Positions 1 through 7,988 of a DNA stretch of 40,097 bases are shown piece after piece; position 1 is the stretch's first letter, and the number at the start of each line of letters is the position of its first letter. Origin of the DNA: a bacterium (GTDB taxonomy: Bacteria > Zhuqueibacterota > Zhuqueibacteria > Oceanimicrobiales > Oceanimicrobiaceae); NCBI GenBank assembly GCA_046757165.1, contig JBHHXT010000027.1, positions 1 through 40,097 of the forward strand, in the 5' to 3' direction. The notes beneath the pieces were generated by a model. It made no database searches. It was not told where the DNA came from and saw only the letters and a program-made list of their open reading frames with translations. Made by a program: the position numbers and the translations under genes.

Positions 1-122
1 TTCGAGCCGAACATGAGCTTCGTTCGGCAGCGAGTAGGGAATGGTCGTGCCGGCGTTGAAGGGGTTGGGATAGTTCTGCCTGAGCTGAAAATCGTCAGGC
101 GCCTGCGCGACGATGCCCGGCT
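1..122. repeat. Direct repeat of 845..966 (117/122 identical); runs off the left edge of the window
   Basis: Base-by-base comparison gives 5 mismatches, at positions 12, 37, 55, 67 and 70. Confidence 0.95.
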
Positions 123-189
123 TTTCACGACCGACATTCTTGAAGAAGCCCAGGCCGGGCCGGGTGCTCGCGGCACAGGTTGTCGCCCA
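1..189 (-). pseudogene. Orphan fragment encoding a secretion C-terminal (NYPNPFN, T9SS-A/FlgD-like) domain
   Basis: Minus frame reads ...EKPGIVAQAPDDFQLRQNYPNPFNAGTTIPYSLPNEAHVRLE. An in-frame TAG lies upstream at 190-192 with no ATG/GTG/TTG between it and the domain. Confidence 0.6.
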
Positions 190-202
190 CTACCAGAAAG
201 AC

Positions 203-231
203 TTGCTTGTTCATCCGCTGATGATTATGTT
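203..231 (+). promoter_or_regulatory. Putative sigma70 promoter of the TA remnant
   Basis: TTGCTT-N17-TATGTT, followed by an AGGAG RBS at 252-256 and ATG at 263. Confidence 0.5.
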
Positions 232-262
232 GAGTAGCATTTAGCAAAAACAGGAGTGAAGC

Positions 263-466
263 ATGTCAACAGTAGATATGAAATACCAACATATCGTTAT
301 GGACTCGCATAACCGACCTGTGATCGAAGGAACAAGAATGAAGGTAACTCAACTGGTTATGGAAAAACAAGCCTACGGCTGGAGTCCGGAAGAGCTGCAG
401 TATCAGCTCGAGCAAAACTTGAAACAGTCGAAACTCAGAGAAAAGCTGCGCTCGAGAGGCGCATGA
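263..466 (+). pseudogene. DUF433-family antitoxin, probably internally deleted
   Basis: HIV..D...PVIEGTRMKV..LV.EK.AYGWSPEEL is the DUF433 N-terminal pattern. The usual HP.L..GQI..AL.YY segment is missing and the ORF is only 67 aa. Confidence 0.7.
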
Positions 467-628
467 GTTGCCAGATGTGGAGTTGTTGGACCGCGCTGTG
501 GCGCTGGGAAAGGGTATTGTTCACAAGAGATACCGACTTTCTGGCGGAGGCTTCAGGACCTCGAGTTGATAGCCAAAGCATCAGCCTCTGAAGGCCTAGA
601 AAACACGGTACAATTCCTGCCTCTCTGA
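463..628 (+). pseudogene. DUF5615/PIN-like toxin remnant with frameshifts and deletions
   Basis: ATGA overlap with the DUF433 stop. Fragments in shifting frames read LPDVELLDRAVALG / RVLFTRDTDFLAEA / QDLELIAKASASEGLENTVQFLPL*. Confidence 0.75.
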
Positions 629-661
629 CATTGCACTGAACTTGTCAGCTCAGGCTGAGGC

Positions 662-3247
662 TCACTTCACCAGAATCATCCGCCTGGCCAGAATTCTCTC
701 ATCCGTGCGCAAACGATAGATGTACATGCCCGACGCGACCGTTACCCCCCGGTCATTGCCACCGTCCCATTTTGCTACGTAGGCGCCTGCGGACTGTGGC
801 CCATCAACGAGCGTTCGTACCAGTCGGCCGGCGATGTCATGCACTTCGAGCCGAATATGAGCTTCGTTCGGCAGCGAGTAAGGAATGGTCGTGCCGGCAT
901 TGAAGGGGTTCGGGTAGTTCTGCCTGAGCTGAAAATCGTCAGGCGCCTGCGCGACGATGCCCGGCTCGACTCCGGTGGCTTCGCCGAGGGCTATCCTGTA
1001 CATGGACCGTCCATAGGTGGCGGCGACTAAGGTTCTCGTCGGCGCGTGCAGGTCGAGGTCCGTAACCGGAACGTTGGGCAGGCCTTCCCCAAGCGGCAGC
1101 CATTCTGCGCCGGAATTTCGCGTCACGAAGACTCCGACATCGCTGGCCACGTACAACGTCGACCGCATCTCGGGATCGACGATGACGTCGTTGAGCGGGA
1201 CTTCCGGTAGATTGGAGGAAATATCCTGCCAGCTTTCGCCACCGTTTTCAGTCCGGAAAATATGCGGCAGAAAACCATCGCGCCGGAAGCCGGAGAGGGT
1301 CACGTACGCAATCCGCCCGTCTTCGGGGTCCACAGCCACCCGCGTAATCCAGCGCACCGGCAAATCCGCGGAAATGTTGCGCCAGTTTTGACCGCCGTCT
1401 TGTGTGACCCAAACGTTGCCGTCGTCCAATCCGGTGTAGATGGTGTTGCTGTCGCTCGGCGCCACAGCCAGGGTGGTCATCGTGCCGAAAACGAAATTGC
1501 GAGTCGAGGGGCCGTTCGACAGGTCCGGGCTGACGGCTCGCCAACTGCTTGCCCGATCCGTGGATTTATAGAGCCGGTTCCCGCCGAAGTAGAGCGACCT
1601 GGGGTTGAGGGGATTGAACGCCAACGGCGAGTTCCAGTTGAAGCGGTCATTGCCACTGATGCCCGTCTGGGCGAACGTAAAAGAGCGGCCGCCGTTGGTC
1701 GAGCGCCCGAGCCCGCCAAATTGAAACTCAGCATAAACAAAACGATTGTCCAGCGGGTCGACCAGGACATAAAAGCCATCTCCGAAGAAAATGTTCTGCC
1801 AGTCGTCCAGATCGCCTGTTAGCGTCCGGTTGGTGCCGTTGTCCTGCGTGCCGCCATACAGACGGTGTGGGTGCTGCTCGTCGATTTCGCAGGTGTAGAA
1901 TTGCGTGATCGGGAGATGAGGGGACTTGCTCCAGGTGGCGCCGGCGTTGGCGCTGAGATAGAGACCGCCATCGTTGCCGACGACAACAAAGTCAGGATTG
2001 AGCGGATGAACGACCATGCCGTGCTGGTCGACATGGATGTTGCGGAACACCCGTGACCAGCTCGCGCCGGCGTCGGTGGTTTTGTACACATCGAGACCGA
2101 GCACGTAAAGGATGTCCGGGTCGCTCGGGTCGATGCGGATGTTGCCAAACCACCAGCCAAAGGTTGCGTAGACGTTGCGGAGCACGCCGTCGTTGGTGCG
2201 CTGCCAGGAATCGCCACCGTCGCTGCTCCTGTAAATCCCGGCAAAGGGCCCGATGTGGTCTGCGTAGATGGCGTACAGGATGGTCGGGTCAGAAGCGGAG
2301 ATAGCGACGCCAATTCGACCCACGTCCGGTGAATTGTTAGGTAGCCCTTGTGTCAGCTCCGTCCAGGAATCCCCGCCGTCGGCCGAGCGGTACAAGCCGC
2401 TGGTGACGCCGCCGTAGAGACGGCCGTTGGGAAAGCGCCTTCTTTCCCACATGGCAGCATAAACGGTGTCCGGCGAAGTGGGGTGCACGACCACATCGAT
2501 GCAGCCCGTCGAGTCGCTCAGGAACAGCACGTTTTCCCAGCTCGCACCGCCATCCAGCGAGCGATAGAGTCCGCGCTCGGTGTTGGTACTGAACAGGTTT
2601 CCCATAGCCGCCACATAGATGCGCCGGGCGTCTCTGGGGTCCACGGCAATGCGACCGATGAAGCGCGTCTTTTCCAGGCCGAGATGTGTCCACGTCTGCC
2701 CACTGTCGCTCGATTTGTAAACGCCCATGCCGCCATAAGTCAGGGAGCCACCGCCCGCGTTGGGCTCGCCAGTCCCGGCATAGATCACGCGCGGATTGCC
2801 GGGATCGAGCGCAAGGTCTCCGATAGAGAGGCTCAGCGCCTGGTCGAAAATTGGCTCCCAGCTCTGGCCGCGATCCGCGGATCTGAAGATGCCACCAGAA
2901 GCCGCTCCGACGTAAAGGGTATCGAAACTTGTCGGACTCATCTCCACGTCCGTGATTCGCCCGCCAATGTTGGTGGGGCCGGCAAATTGCCATTGTTCTG
3001 CTGCCGCCAGTCTGTATCTCGCCTTCACCGACCGGGATTGCTGCAGCGCGGAATAAAACTCCTGGTACGGGATGTCCTCATAGGGAAAAGCACGCTGGCG
3101 GAAGAACCAGTCGTTTGGCCTGGCAGCCAGGAGCGCGTCGTCTGGACGCACGGTGCCCCTGGAGCCATCCGGAAGGTTGAGAATCGATCTGGCCACGAAG
3201 AACGAAGCCAGCACCATGAGACAAAGCAGGACTCTTTTGGAATTCAT
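662..3247 (-). CDS. Secreted BNR/Asp-box beta-propeller protein (VPS10/sortilin-like, glycosyl hydrolase-like) with a C-terminal T9SS-A/FlgD Ig-like domain
   Basis: Signal peptide, about 12 [S/T]xDGGxxW repeats, GPTNIGGRIT, and C-terminal QNYPNPFN...WDG...ASGMYIYRL. Confidence 0.85.
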   Translation of the reverse strand: MNSKRVLLCLMVLASFFVARSILNLPDGSRGTVRPDDALLAARPNDWFFRQRAFPYEDIPYQEFYSALQQSRSVKARYRLAAAEQWQFAGPTNIGGRITDVEMSPTSFDTLYVGAASGGIFRSADRGQSWEPIFDQALSLSIGDLALDPGNPRVIYAGTGEPNAGGGSLTYGGMGVYKSSDSGQTWTHLGLEKTRFIGRIAVDPRDARRIYVAAMGNLFSTNTERGLYRSLDGGASWENVLFLSDSTGCIDVVVHPTSPDTVYAAMWERRRFPNGRLYGGVTSGLYRSADGGDSWTELTQGLPNNSPDVGRIGVAISASDPTILYAIYADHIGPFAGIYRSSDGGDSWQRTNDGVLRNVYATFGWWFGNIRIDPSDPDILYVLGLDVYKTTDAGASWSRVFRNIHVDQHGMVVHPLNPDFVVVGNDGGLYLSANAGATWSKSPHLPITQFYTCEIDEQHPHRLYGGTQDNGTNRTLTGDLDDWQNIFFGDGFYVLVDPLDNRFVYAEFQFGGLGRSTNGGRSFTFAQTGISGNDRFNWNSPLAFNPLNPRSLYFGGNRLYKSTDRASSWRAVSPDLSNGPSTRNFVFGTMTTLAVAPSDSNTIYTGLDDGNVWVTQDGGQNWRNISADLPVRWITRVAVDPEDGRIAYVTLSGFRRDGFLPHIFRTENGGESWQDISSNLPEVPLNDVIVDPEMRSTLYVASDVGVFVTRNSGAEWLPLGEGLPNVPVTDLDLHAPTRTLVAATYGRSMYRIALGEATGVEPGIVAQAPDDFQLRQNYPNPFNAGTTIPYSLPNEAHIRLEVHDIAGRLVRTLVDGPQSAGAYVAKWDGGNDRGVTVASGMYIYRLRTDERILARRMILVK

Positions 3248-3301
3248 GCGCGGAATTCACGGTTAAACATGCTCAGAATATTATCAAGACATTCAAGACA
3301 T

Positions 3302-3330
3302 AACATAAACATTTTATTTTCAATATTCAA
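3302..3330 (-). promoter_or_regulatory. Putative sigma70 promoter of the BNR protein gene
   Basis: TTGAAT-N17-TATGTT on the minus strand in an AT-rich gap. Confidence 0.45.
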
Positions 3331-3362
3331 GTTTTCAATCAGCGCGACATTGTCCATCAGGT

Positions 3363-3677
3363 TCATTGCACGATTACAGCCGTCCCGTACACCAGGATCT
3401 CCGAGGCCATCCCCATGATGTAGCTCGTGCTGAACCGCACATCGACGACAGCATTCGCGCCCATCTCCTCGGCGTGGGTCTTCATCCGGTCCATGGCCTG
3501 CTCACGCGCCTCAGCCATCAGCTTGGTGTATTCCTCGATTTCGCCGCCTACCAGGTTCTTCAGGCCAGCGACGATGTCTTTGCCGACGTGCCGGGCACGA
3601 ATGGTGCTGCCTTTGACCAGCCCAAGCGTTTTGACGATTTTTTGCTCTGCGACTGTGCTCGAGGTTGCAATAATCAT
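3363..3677 (-). CDS. ybjQ: YbjQ/UPF0145 putative heavy-metal-binding protein
   Basis: GLVKGS..RARHVGKD..AGLKNLVGGE...Y..L..EARE.A..RM...A...GANAVV.VRF...EIL.YGTAV. The ATG at 3677 overlaps the upstream stop and has a GGAGG RBS. Confidence 0.9.
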   Translation of the reverse strand: MIIATSSTVAEQKIVKTLGLVKGSTIRARHVGKDIVAGLKNLVGGEIEEYTKLMAEAREQAMDRMKTHAEEMGANAVVDVRFSTSYIMGMASEILVYGTAVIVQ

Positions 3678-4141
3678 CGTTCTACCTCCTGATAAGGGTC
3701 TGATTTTTGTGTGAACAATTTCTCCCGCAGAACCGAAACAAAAAGCACCACAGCACCGCCGAGCAAAAGTAGCGTGCCGATTTTGACGATGGCCGGCATC
3801 TCCTGATCTGCAAGCATAGACTCGACCGCCTGAAACGCTCCAAACGTCAGTAGAATGATCGCCCCGAGTGACACGAGAATCCAACCCAGACTACGCTCCA
3901 GCCTATTATAGACATGGGTCCAATAGCTGTCCCAGACCTCGAGGGTCGGTGTTTTGAACGTCATGGTTGCCGTCACCTCCTTCATTTGTTTGTGTGCCCG
4001 CCATTCTTTCTGGCAGGCAGGGTAGGTGTGAATGAGTCTCTCGAACTCAGCCTGCTCTTCGTGATTCATCTCCCGGTCGATCGCCTTGACAAGCAAGAGC
4101 TGAAATCGCTCTTGCTCTGCGGGTGTCATCGGGTGGCTCAT
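3674..4141 (-). CDS. Putative membrane-bound anti-sigma factor
   Basis: ATGA-coupled to the ECF sigma gene. The N-terminus has a degenerate ZAS-like segment (IHTYPACQKEW) followed by two hydrophobic TM helices. Confidence 0.7.
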   Translation of the reverse strand: MSHPMTPAEQERFQLLLVKAIDREMNHEEQAEFERLIHTYPACQKEWRAHKQMKEVTATMTFKTPTLEVWDSYWTHVYNRLERSLGWILVSLGAIILLTFGAFQAVESMLADQEMPAIVKIGTLLLLGGAVVLFVSVLREKLFTQKSDPYQEVER

Positions 4142-4740
4142 TTGAATACCCCCGCGAGTTTGGATTTGAGCGCCTGACGCGCCGTGTACAAGCGGGACAT
4201 GACTGTGCCCGGGGGACACTCCAGAAGCTCGGCAATTTCCTTGTACGACAACTCCTGGAACTCTTTCAGAAGAATGATTTCGCGCTCGTGCGGCTGCAGG
4301 CGGTTGATGGCCCGCCAGAGGGCTTCCGTGATTTCGGCTTGCTCAACCCGTTCTGCGGTGTCTTCTGCTCCGTCCTCCATCTGCCTGAGACGGGCCTCCC
4401 CGATTTCGGAAAAGGGCCGCGCGCGCCGGGCTCTGTCCCTGTTGAGATTCAAACAGAGATTGCGCAGAATCTGGTAATACCAGGTAAAGAAGGGTTTTTC
4501 AGCATCCATCTTTTTGATGGCCCGATAAGCGCGCACGAATGCCTCTTGCGACATGTCGAGCGCACTCTCATGGTGGCCCGTGAACCCGAGCGCGGTAAAG
4601 TAGGCCCGCCGCATGTATTTCTCCACCAGTCTGCCGTACGCTGATTTGTCTCCGGCCTGACAGCGGCGTACCAGCTCGGAATCGACACTTTCTTTTCGCT
4701 CAGCCTTTTCGGGTTTCGTCTCGGGTTCCTGCGTCGTCAT
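4138..4740 (-). CDS. ECF-family RNA polymerase sigma-70 factor
   Basis: D.ELV.R...GD..AY..LV; D.SQEAFVRAY; FFTWYYQI.RN.C; LSYKEIAELL.CP.GTVMSRL..AR. Confidence 0.95.
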   Translation of the reverse strand: MTTQEPETKPEKAERKESVDSELVRRCQAGDKSAYGRLVEKYMRRAYFTALGFTGHHESALDMSQEAFVRAYRAIKKMDAEKPFFTWYYQILRNLCLNLNRDRARRARPFSEIGEARLRQMEDGAEDTAERVEQAEITEALWRAINRLQPHEREIILLKEFQELSYKEIAELLECPPGTVMSRLYTARQALKSKLAGVFK

Positions 4741-4951
4741 CCCTTGTTCACCATTGGAGATTCTTCTGCCTGCTGATGGTACACCGATAGCAGAGAAATA
4801 TTCAGCAGAAAGATGACCGTTGTGCCCCCGCCGACACTGCCGACACGGGCCACCGGGTTCTCTCTTGACAGCCTCTCGTTGAGATTTGGCAACGTGGCGG
4901 GCTTGAGGAAGGTCGCAACGCTTCGGCAAAGGTCGCCCCGAGTGTCCGGCG

Positions 4952-6127
4952 TTAACGGCCATTGAATACAGCATTGAGCCGCTCGATACCGGTCTCGAGC
5001 CGTTCCGGCGACTCTCCGGTGAAACAGAGCCGAATGTACTGCCCGAAATCCCGGCCAAAGCTGTCTCCCGGCGCGACGGAAACGCCGCTGTCCAAACAGG
5101 CTTCGATCAAATGCCAGATGTCCCGGTTTTTCAAATAGGGGCCCGCCGGGAAGAAGATGAAATACGTTCCTTCGGGCGTTGGAAAATCGATCTCGAGGTG
5201 CTGCACAAACAGGTCGCGCAGCTCCTGGTAGTGCGCCCGCACCGCTGGTAACCACTGCTGGCGCGTTTTTACCGGCGCCACCATCATCTGCTGGGCGAGG
5301 GTCGAGGGGCTGTAGAGCTGGTGCACCATTATTTTGTTGAGGTTTTTCACCACCGTTTCATTGCCCACCACAAAGCCCAGCCGCAGTCCCGCGAACATGA
5401 AACTCTTGGAAAAGGTGAACATCGTGAGCGTTCTCTCGAACATGTCTGGCAACGCCGCGGCCGAGATGTGTGGCAGATCGTCAAATGTCAGACCATCGTA
5501 TGCCTCGTCGGAAATGAGCCACAGGTTGTGTTTCTGAGCAAATTCTGCCACCTGCTGCACCTGCTCCAGGCTCATCACCTTGCCACTGGGATTGTTCGGG
5601 GTGTTGAGATAGATCGCTGCCGTTCGGGGCGAGACAACCTGCTCCAGCGTGCCGGCGATGTCCAGCTCCGGCTGCTCAAACAAGCGCGTGTAAAGAGGCG
5701 CCTCCACGACCCGGGCACCGGCCAGTTTCACCATGCCGAAGAAGAACGGCCAGGCCGGCGTCAAGATCAGGATTTCGTCGCCCGGTTCCGCCAACGCCAT
5801 CATACTGATACTCAACCCATTGGTAATGCCGCAGGTGACCAGAATGTTGTCACGCCCGACCTCGAGGTGGTTGTCTGTTTTCAGTTTCTCGACCAGGGCG
5901 TCGCGCAGGGGCTCGATGCCGAAGGTGTTGCAGTAGCGATTGTAATCGTTGTATTCCGGAAACGTTTCAGGCTCGAACGGCAGGGCATAGCGCGTTGGCA
6001 AATAGGTGTCGCCGATATGGAGGCGAATCAGACGGTCGCCTTGCGCGGCCATTTTGCTGCGGTAGGTTTCGAAAACCGAACCGGTTATCTGGTGGACACG
6101 AGCGGCAAAGTTGGGGAATCTCGGCAT
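4952..6127 (-). CDS. PLP-dependent aminotransferase class I/II
   Basis: NTPNNPSG, ISDEAY, TFSKSFMFAGLRLG (PLP lysine) and YIRLCF. Start placed at ATG 6127, which follows GGGAGG. Confidence 0.92.
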   Translation of the reverse strand: MPRFPNFAARVHQITGSVFETYRSKMAAQGDRLIRLHIGDTYLPTRYALPFEPETFPEYNDYNRYCNTFGIEPLRDALVEKLKTDNHLEVGRDNILVTCGITNGLSISMMALAEPGDEILILTPAWPFFFGMVKLAGARVVEAPLYTRLFEQPELDIAGTLEQVVSPRTAAIYLNTPNNPSGKVMSLEQVQQVAEFAQKHNLWLISDEAYDGLTFDDLPHISAAALPDMFERTLTMFTFSKSFMFAGLRLGFVVGNETVVKNLNKIMVHQLYSPSTLAQQMMVAPVKTRQQWLPAVRAHYQELRDLFVQHLEIDFPTPEGTYFIFFPAGPYLKNRDIWHLIEACLDSGVSVAPGDSFGRDFGQYIRLCFTGESPERLETGIERLNAVFNGR

Positions 6128-6171
6128 GACTGTCCCTCCCAGTCGTCTGTTGCGAGAGCGTGATTCACTCA

Positions 6172-6322
6172 CCGGAATAATTCATGACTATTAATTTGGC
6201 TAGAGACTCCAAAATGTCATGCCCGCGAACGCGGGCATCCACATGCCAACCTAAGATACTGTTTCTAAATGGAATTCCGCTTTCTCGGTGGTGACAAAGT
6301 AGTGTTTCATGAATTATTCAGG
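6172..6322. mobile_element. MITE/REPIN-like element with terminal inverted repeats around a REP-like doublet
   Basis: 13-bp perfect inverted repeat GAATAATTCATGA (6175-6187) / TCATGAATTATTC (6307-6319). Internal hairpin ATGCCCGCGAACGCGGGCAT (6219-6238) with a degenerate inverted partner at 6270-6296 (19/27). Confidence 0.6.
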
Positions 6323-6416
6323 CCAAACCTTTAGCTCTCAGCATAGAAATTATTTTGACTAAATGCAATGAAAATGACGGGTCCCGCCTTTGCGAAAACA
6401 CTGAAAAAATCACCGC

Positions 6417-6450
6417 AAAAAAAAGCCGCCCGACCGGCGGTCGGGCGGCT
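6417..6450 (-). terminator. Rho-independent terminator of the lipoprotein gene
   Basis: 12-bp stem AGCCGCCCGACC/GGTCGGGCGGCT with a 3-nt loop, followed by a U run on the minus strand. Confidence 0.9.
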
Positions 6451-6499
6451 GCACCTTGAGGTTGAGGGTTGGAGGAAGGCTCAGTAATTCAGAGCGGAG

Positions 6500-7564
6500 T
6501 TAGTCCCCGGTATCGTCACGCTTGTGCACCCGGTAGCGGCCATGGAAGAAGCCGCGGCCATCGCCTGCACGTCCGGTCTTGAACTTGCCGCGCAGTCTCC
6601 CGACTGTTTCGTGTGCCCGGTCGACCCAGCGTCCGCGGAAGAATCCACCTTTTTCGTCATCTTCGTAGTCCCATTCGCCAGCCAGAAGGCCCCGGAACTC
6701 GCCGTTCAGGCTGATGTATTTGCCTTTGAAAACTTTGTTGCCGGCACGCGTGATGCCCCAGATGCCTTTGAGATGTCCGGCGTTGGTGCCAATGCTGTTG
6801 ATCCAGCGCCCTCTGAAGTGTCCACCATGACGGGCCGTCTTGATCCAGCGCCCTGCAAGAAAGCCACCGGCGAATGGCGTGTACTCCTTGCTGCGGGCAA
6901 GGATTGAAACCTCGTGCCCGCCTGAACCGACCGGTTCGAGCAGCTCCAAGGAATCGAGCTCGCTGAAAGTCAGTACCTTTGTGTAGCCGCCGGCGTTGAA
7001 AGAAAACGTGCCTTCTTCGTCTGTCGAGTCGTTGTCGATGATGGCGAGGACGAGGCCGTCGAAGTGATTCTTTGTTTGTGAGATGAACTCGACGATCTTC
7101 CTGGAGTCGCGCGGGAATTTGATGGCGTCGTTGCGTTCAAAGCGAATGGTTTTGAGAACGACCAGCGTGCCCTTGCTCACCTCGGCCGAGCCGCTCCAGT
7201 CGACCACCTCTGTCGCGGTGGAGTCGCCTTCCAGCAAACCATAGGTGATGCGCAGGAAGTAAGCTTTGATTTTGGTTGAGTCCGAAAGATCCGTTGCGCT
7301 CAGTGCTGCGACGACCTGAGCGTCTTCAGCGTAGGCGTCGCCCGCGTCCTCATCTTCAGGAAAGGCATCGAGCATATCGCTCTCGCCGAATGCAACCGGC
7401 TCATCGCTGGTATCAAAGCCGCCAAATTCTTCCTCCAGAGTGAGCTTTTCTTCGCCGGCCAGTGTCTCGCCCGGGTCCGTCAATTGGTCGCTGTTACTGC
7501 AAGCTGTAAGAGCAAGGATCGCAGCCAGCGTCGGAACGAAGAGAAATGAAAACATCTTTTTCAT
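6500..7564 (-). CDS. Hypothetical lipoprotein with an acidic N-region and C-terminal Gx[F/L]xGx[W/Y/F] repeats
   Basis: Lipobox LALTAC, GGAGG RBS, and about 9 repeats such as GFLAGRW, GHFRGRW, GHLKGIW, GFFRGRW and GFFHGRY. Confidence 0.85.
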   Translation of the reverse strand: MKKMFSFLFVPTLAAILALTACSNSDQLTDPGETLAGEEKLTLEEEFGGFDTSDEPVAFGESDMLDAFPEDEDAGDAYAEDAQVVAALSATDLSDSTKIKAYFLRITYGLLEGDSTATEVVDWSGSAEVSKGTLVVLKTIRFERNDAIKFPRDSRKIVEFISQTKNHFDGLVLAIIDNDSTDEEGTFSFNAGGYTKVLTFSELDSLELLEPVGSGGHEVSILARSKEYTPFAGGFLAGRWIKTARHGGHFRGRWINSIGTNAGHLKGIWGITRAGNKVFKGKYISLNGEFRGLLAGEWDYEDDEKGGFFRGRWVDRAHETVGRLRGKFKTGRAGDGRGFFHGRYRVHKRDDTGD

Positions 7565-7641
7565 GGTTCAAAGACCTCCAGTTTATTAAGTTAAAAAGTG
7601 ATGAACATTTAGGGTTGTGTATCAGTTTCATCTCTGGCTCA

Positions 7642-7658
7642 TGCAAGGGGCGGGCCAA
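7642..7658 (-). promoter_or_regulatory. Sigma54 (-24/-12) promoter of the lipoprotein gene
   Basis: Minus strand TTGGCCCGCCCCTTGCA matches TGGC-N7-TTGC, about 80 bp upstream of the ATG. Confidence 0.7.
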
Positions 7659-7757
7659 AAATGGAAACCCCTTCGGGGCCGTGACACAAGATGTTTAGAG
7701 ACAAATAGTTAGAAGATAGACGGTAGCAAGGTCGGAGCTGACGTGATCAAGGATGAG

Positions 7758-7795
7758 TTGCACTCATGCGCGCAAAGTTGTACCATATGGTGCAA
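7758..7795. promoter_or_regulatory. Tandem palindromic enhancer-binding-protein (NtrC-like) sites
   Basis: TTGCACTCATGCGCGCAA and TTGTACCATATGGTGCAA are 20 bp apart and 100-140 bp upstream of the sigma54 box. Confidence 0.55.
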
Positions 7796-7897
7796 TTGGC
7801 ATCCCTGAGTTTGCTGTGGCGGTCTCGGTGCCATCATGACCGCTCGAGCCGCATCATCGCCGTGCCCAATGGCATGTTTGTAACTTTCAGAAAGGAC

Positions 7898-7926
7898 TTG
7901 ATTTTTTGCGAATTTTATTTTAACTT
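7898..7926 (+). promoter_or_regulatory. Putative sigma70 promoter for the M23-bactofilin-atp run
   Basis: TTGATT-N17-TAACTT. Confidence 0.5.
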
Positions 7927-7988
7927 CGACTCTGCTTTTTGCGAAGTTGGCGGCTATATTGTTAAGGAGTTCTAACGCAAACAGGTGA

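Noticed and set aside
1..966. Diversity-generating retroelement TR/VR pair
   Set aside because: The mismatches are not adenine-specific on either strand and are mostly synonymous; there is no reverse transcriptase in the window.
3363..6172. Extended N-termini given by the ORF track (starts 3884, 4219, 5058, 6172; likewise 17212, 23744, 26643)
   Set aside because: The extensions overlap neighbouring genes or lack family similarity; the downstream ATGs have RBSs or ATGA coupling.
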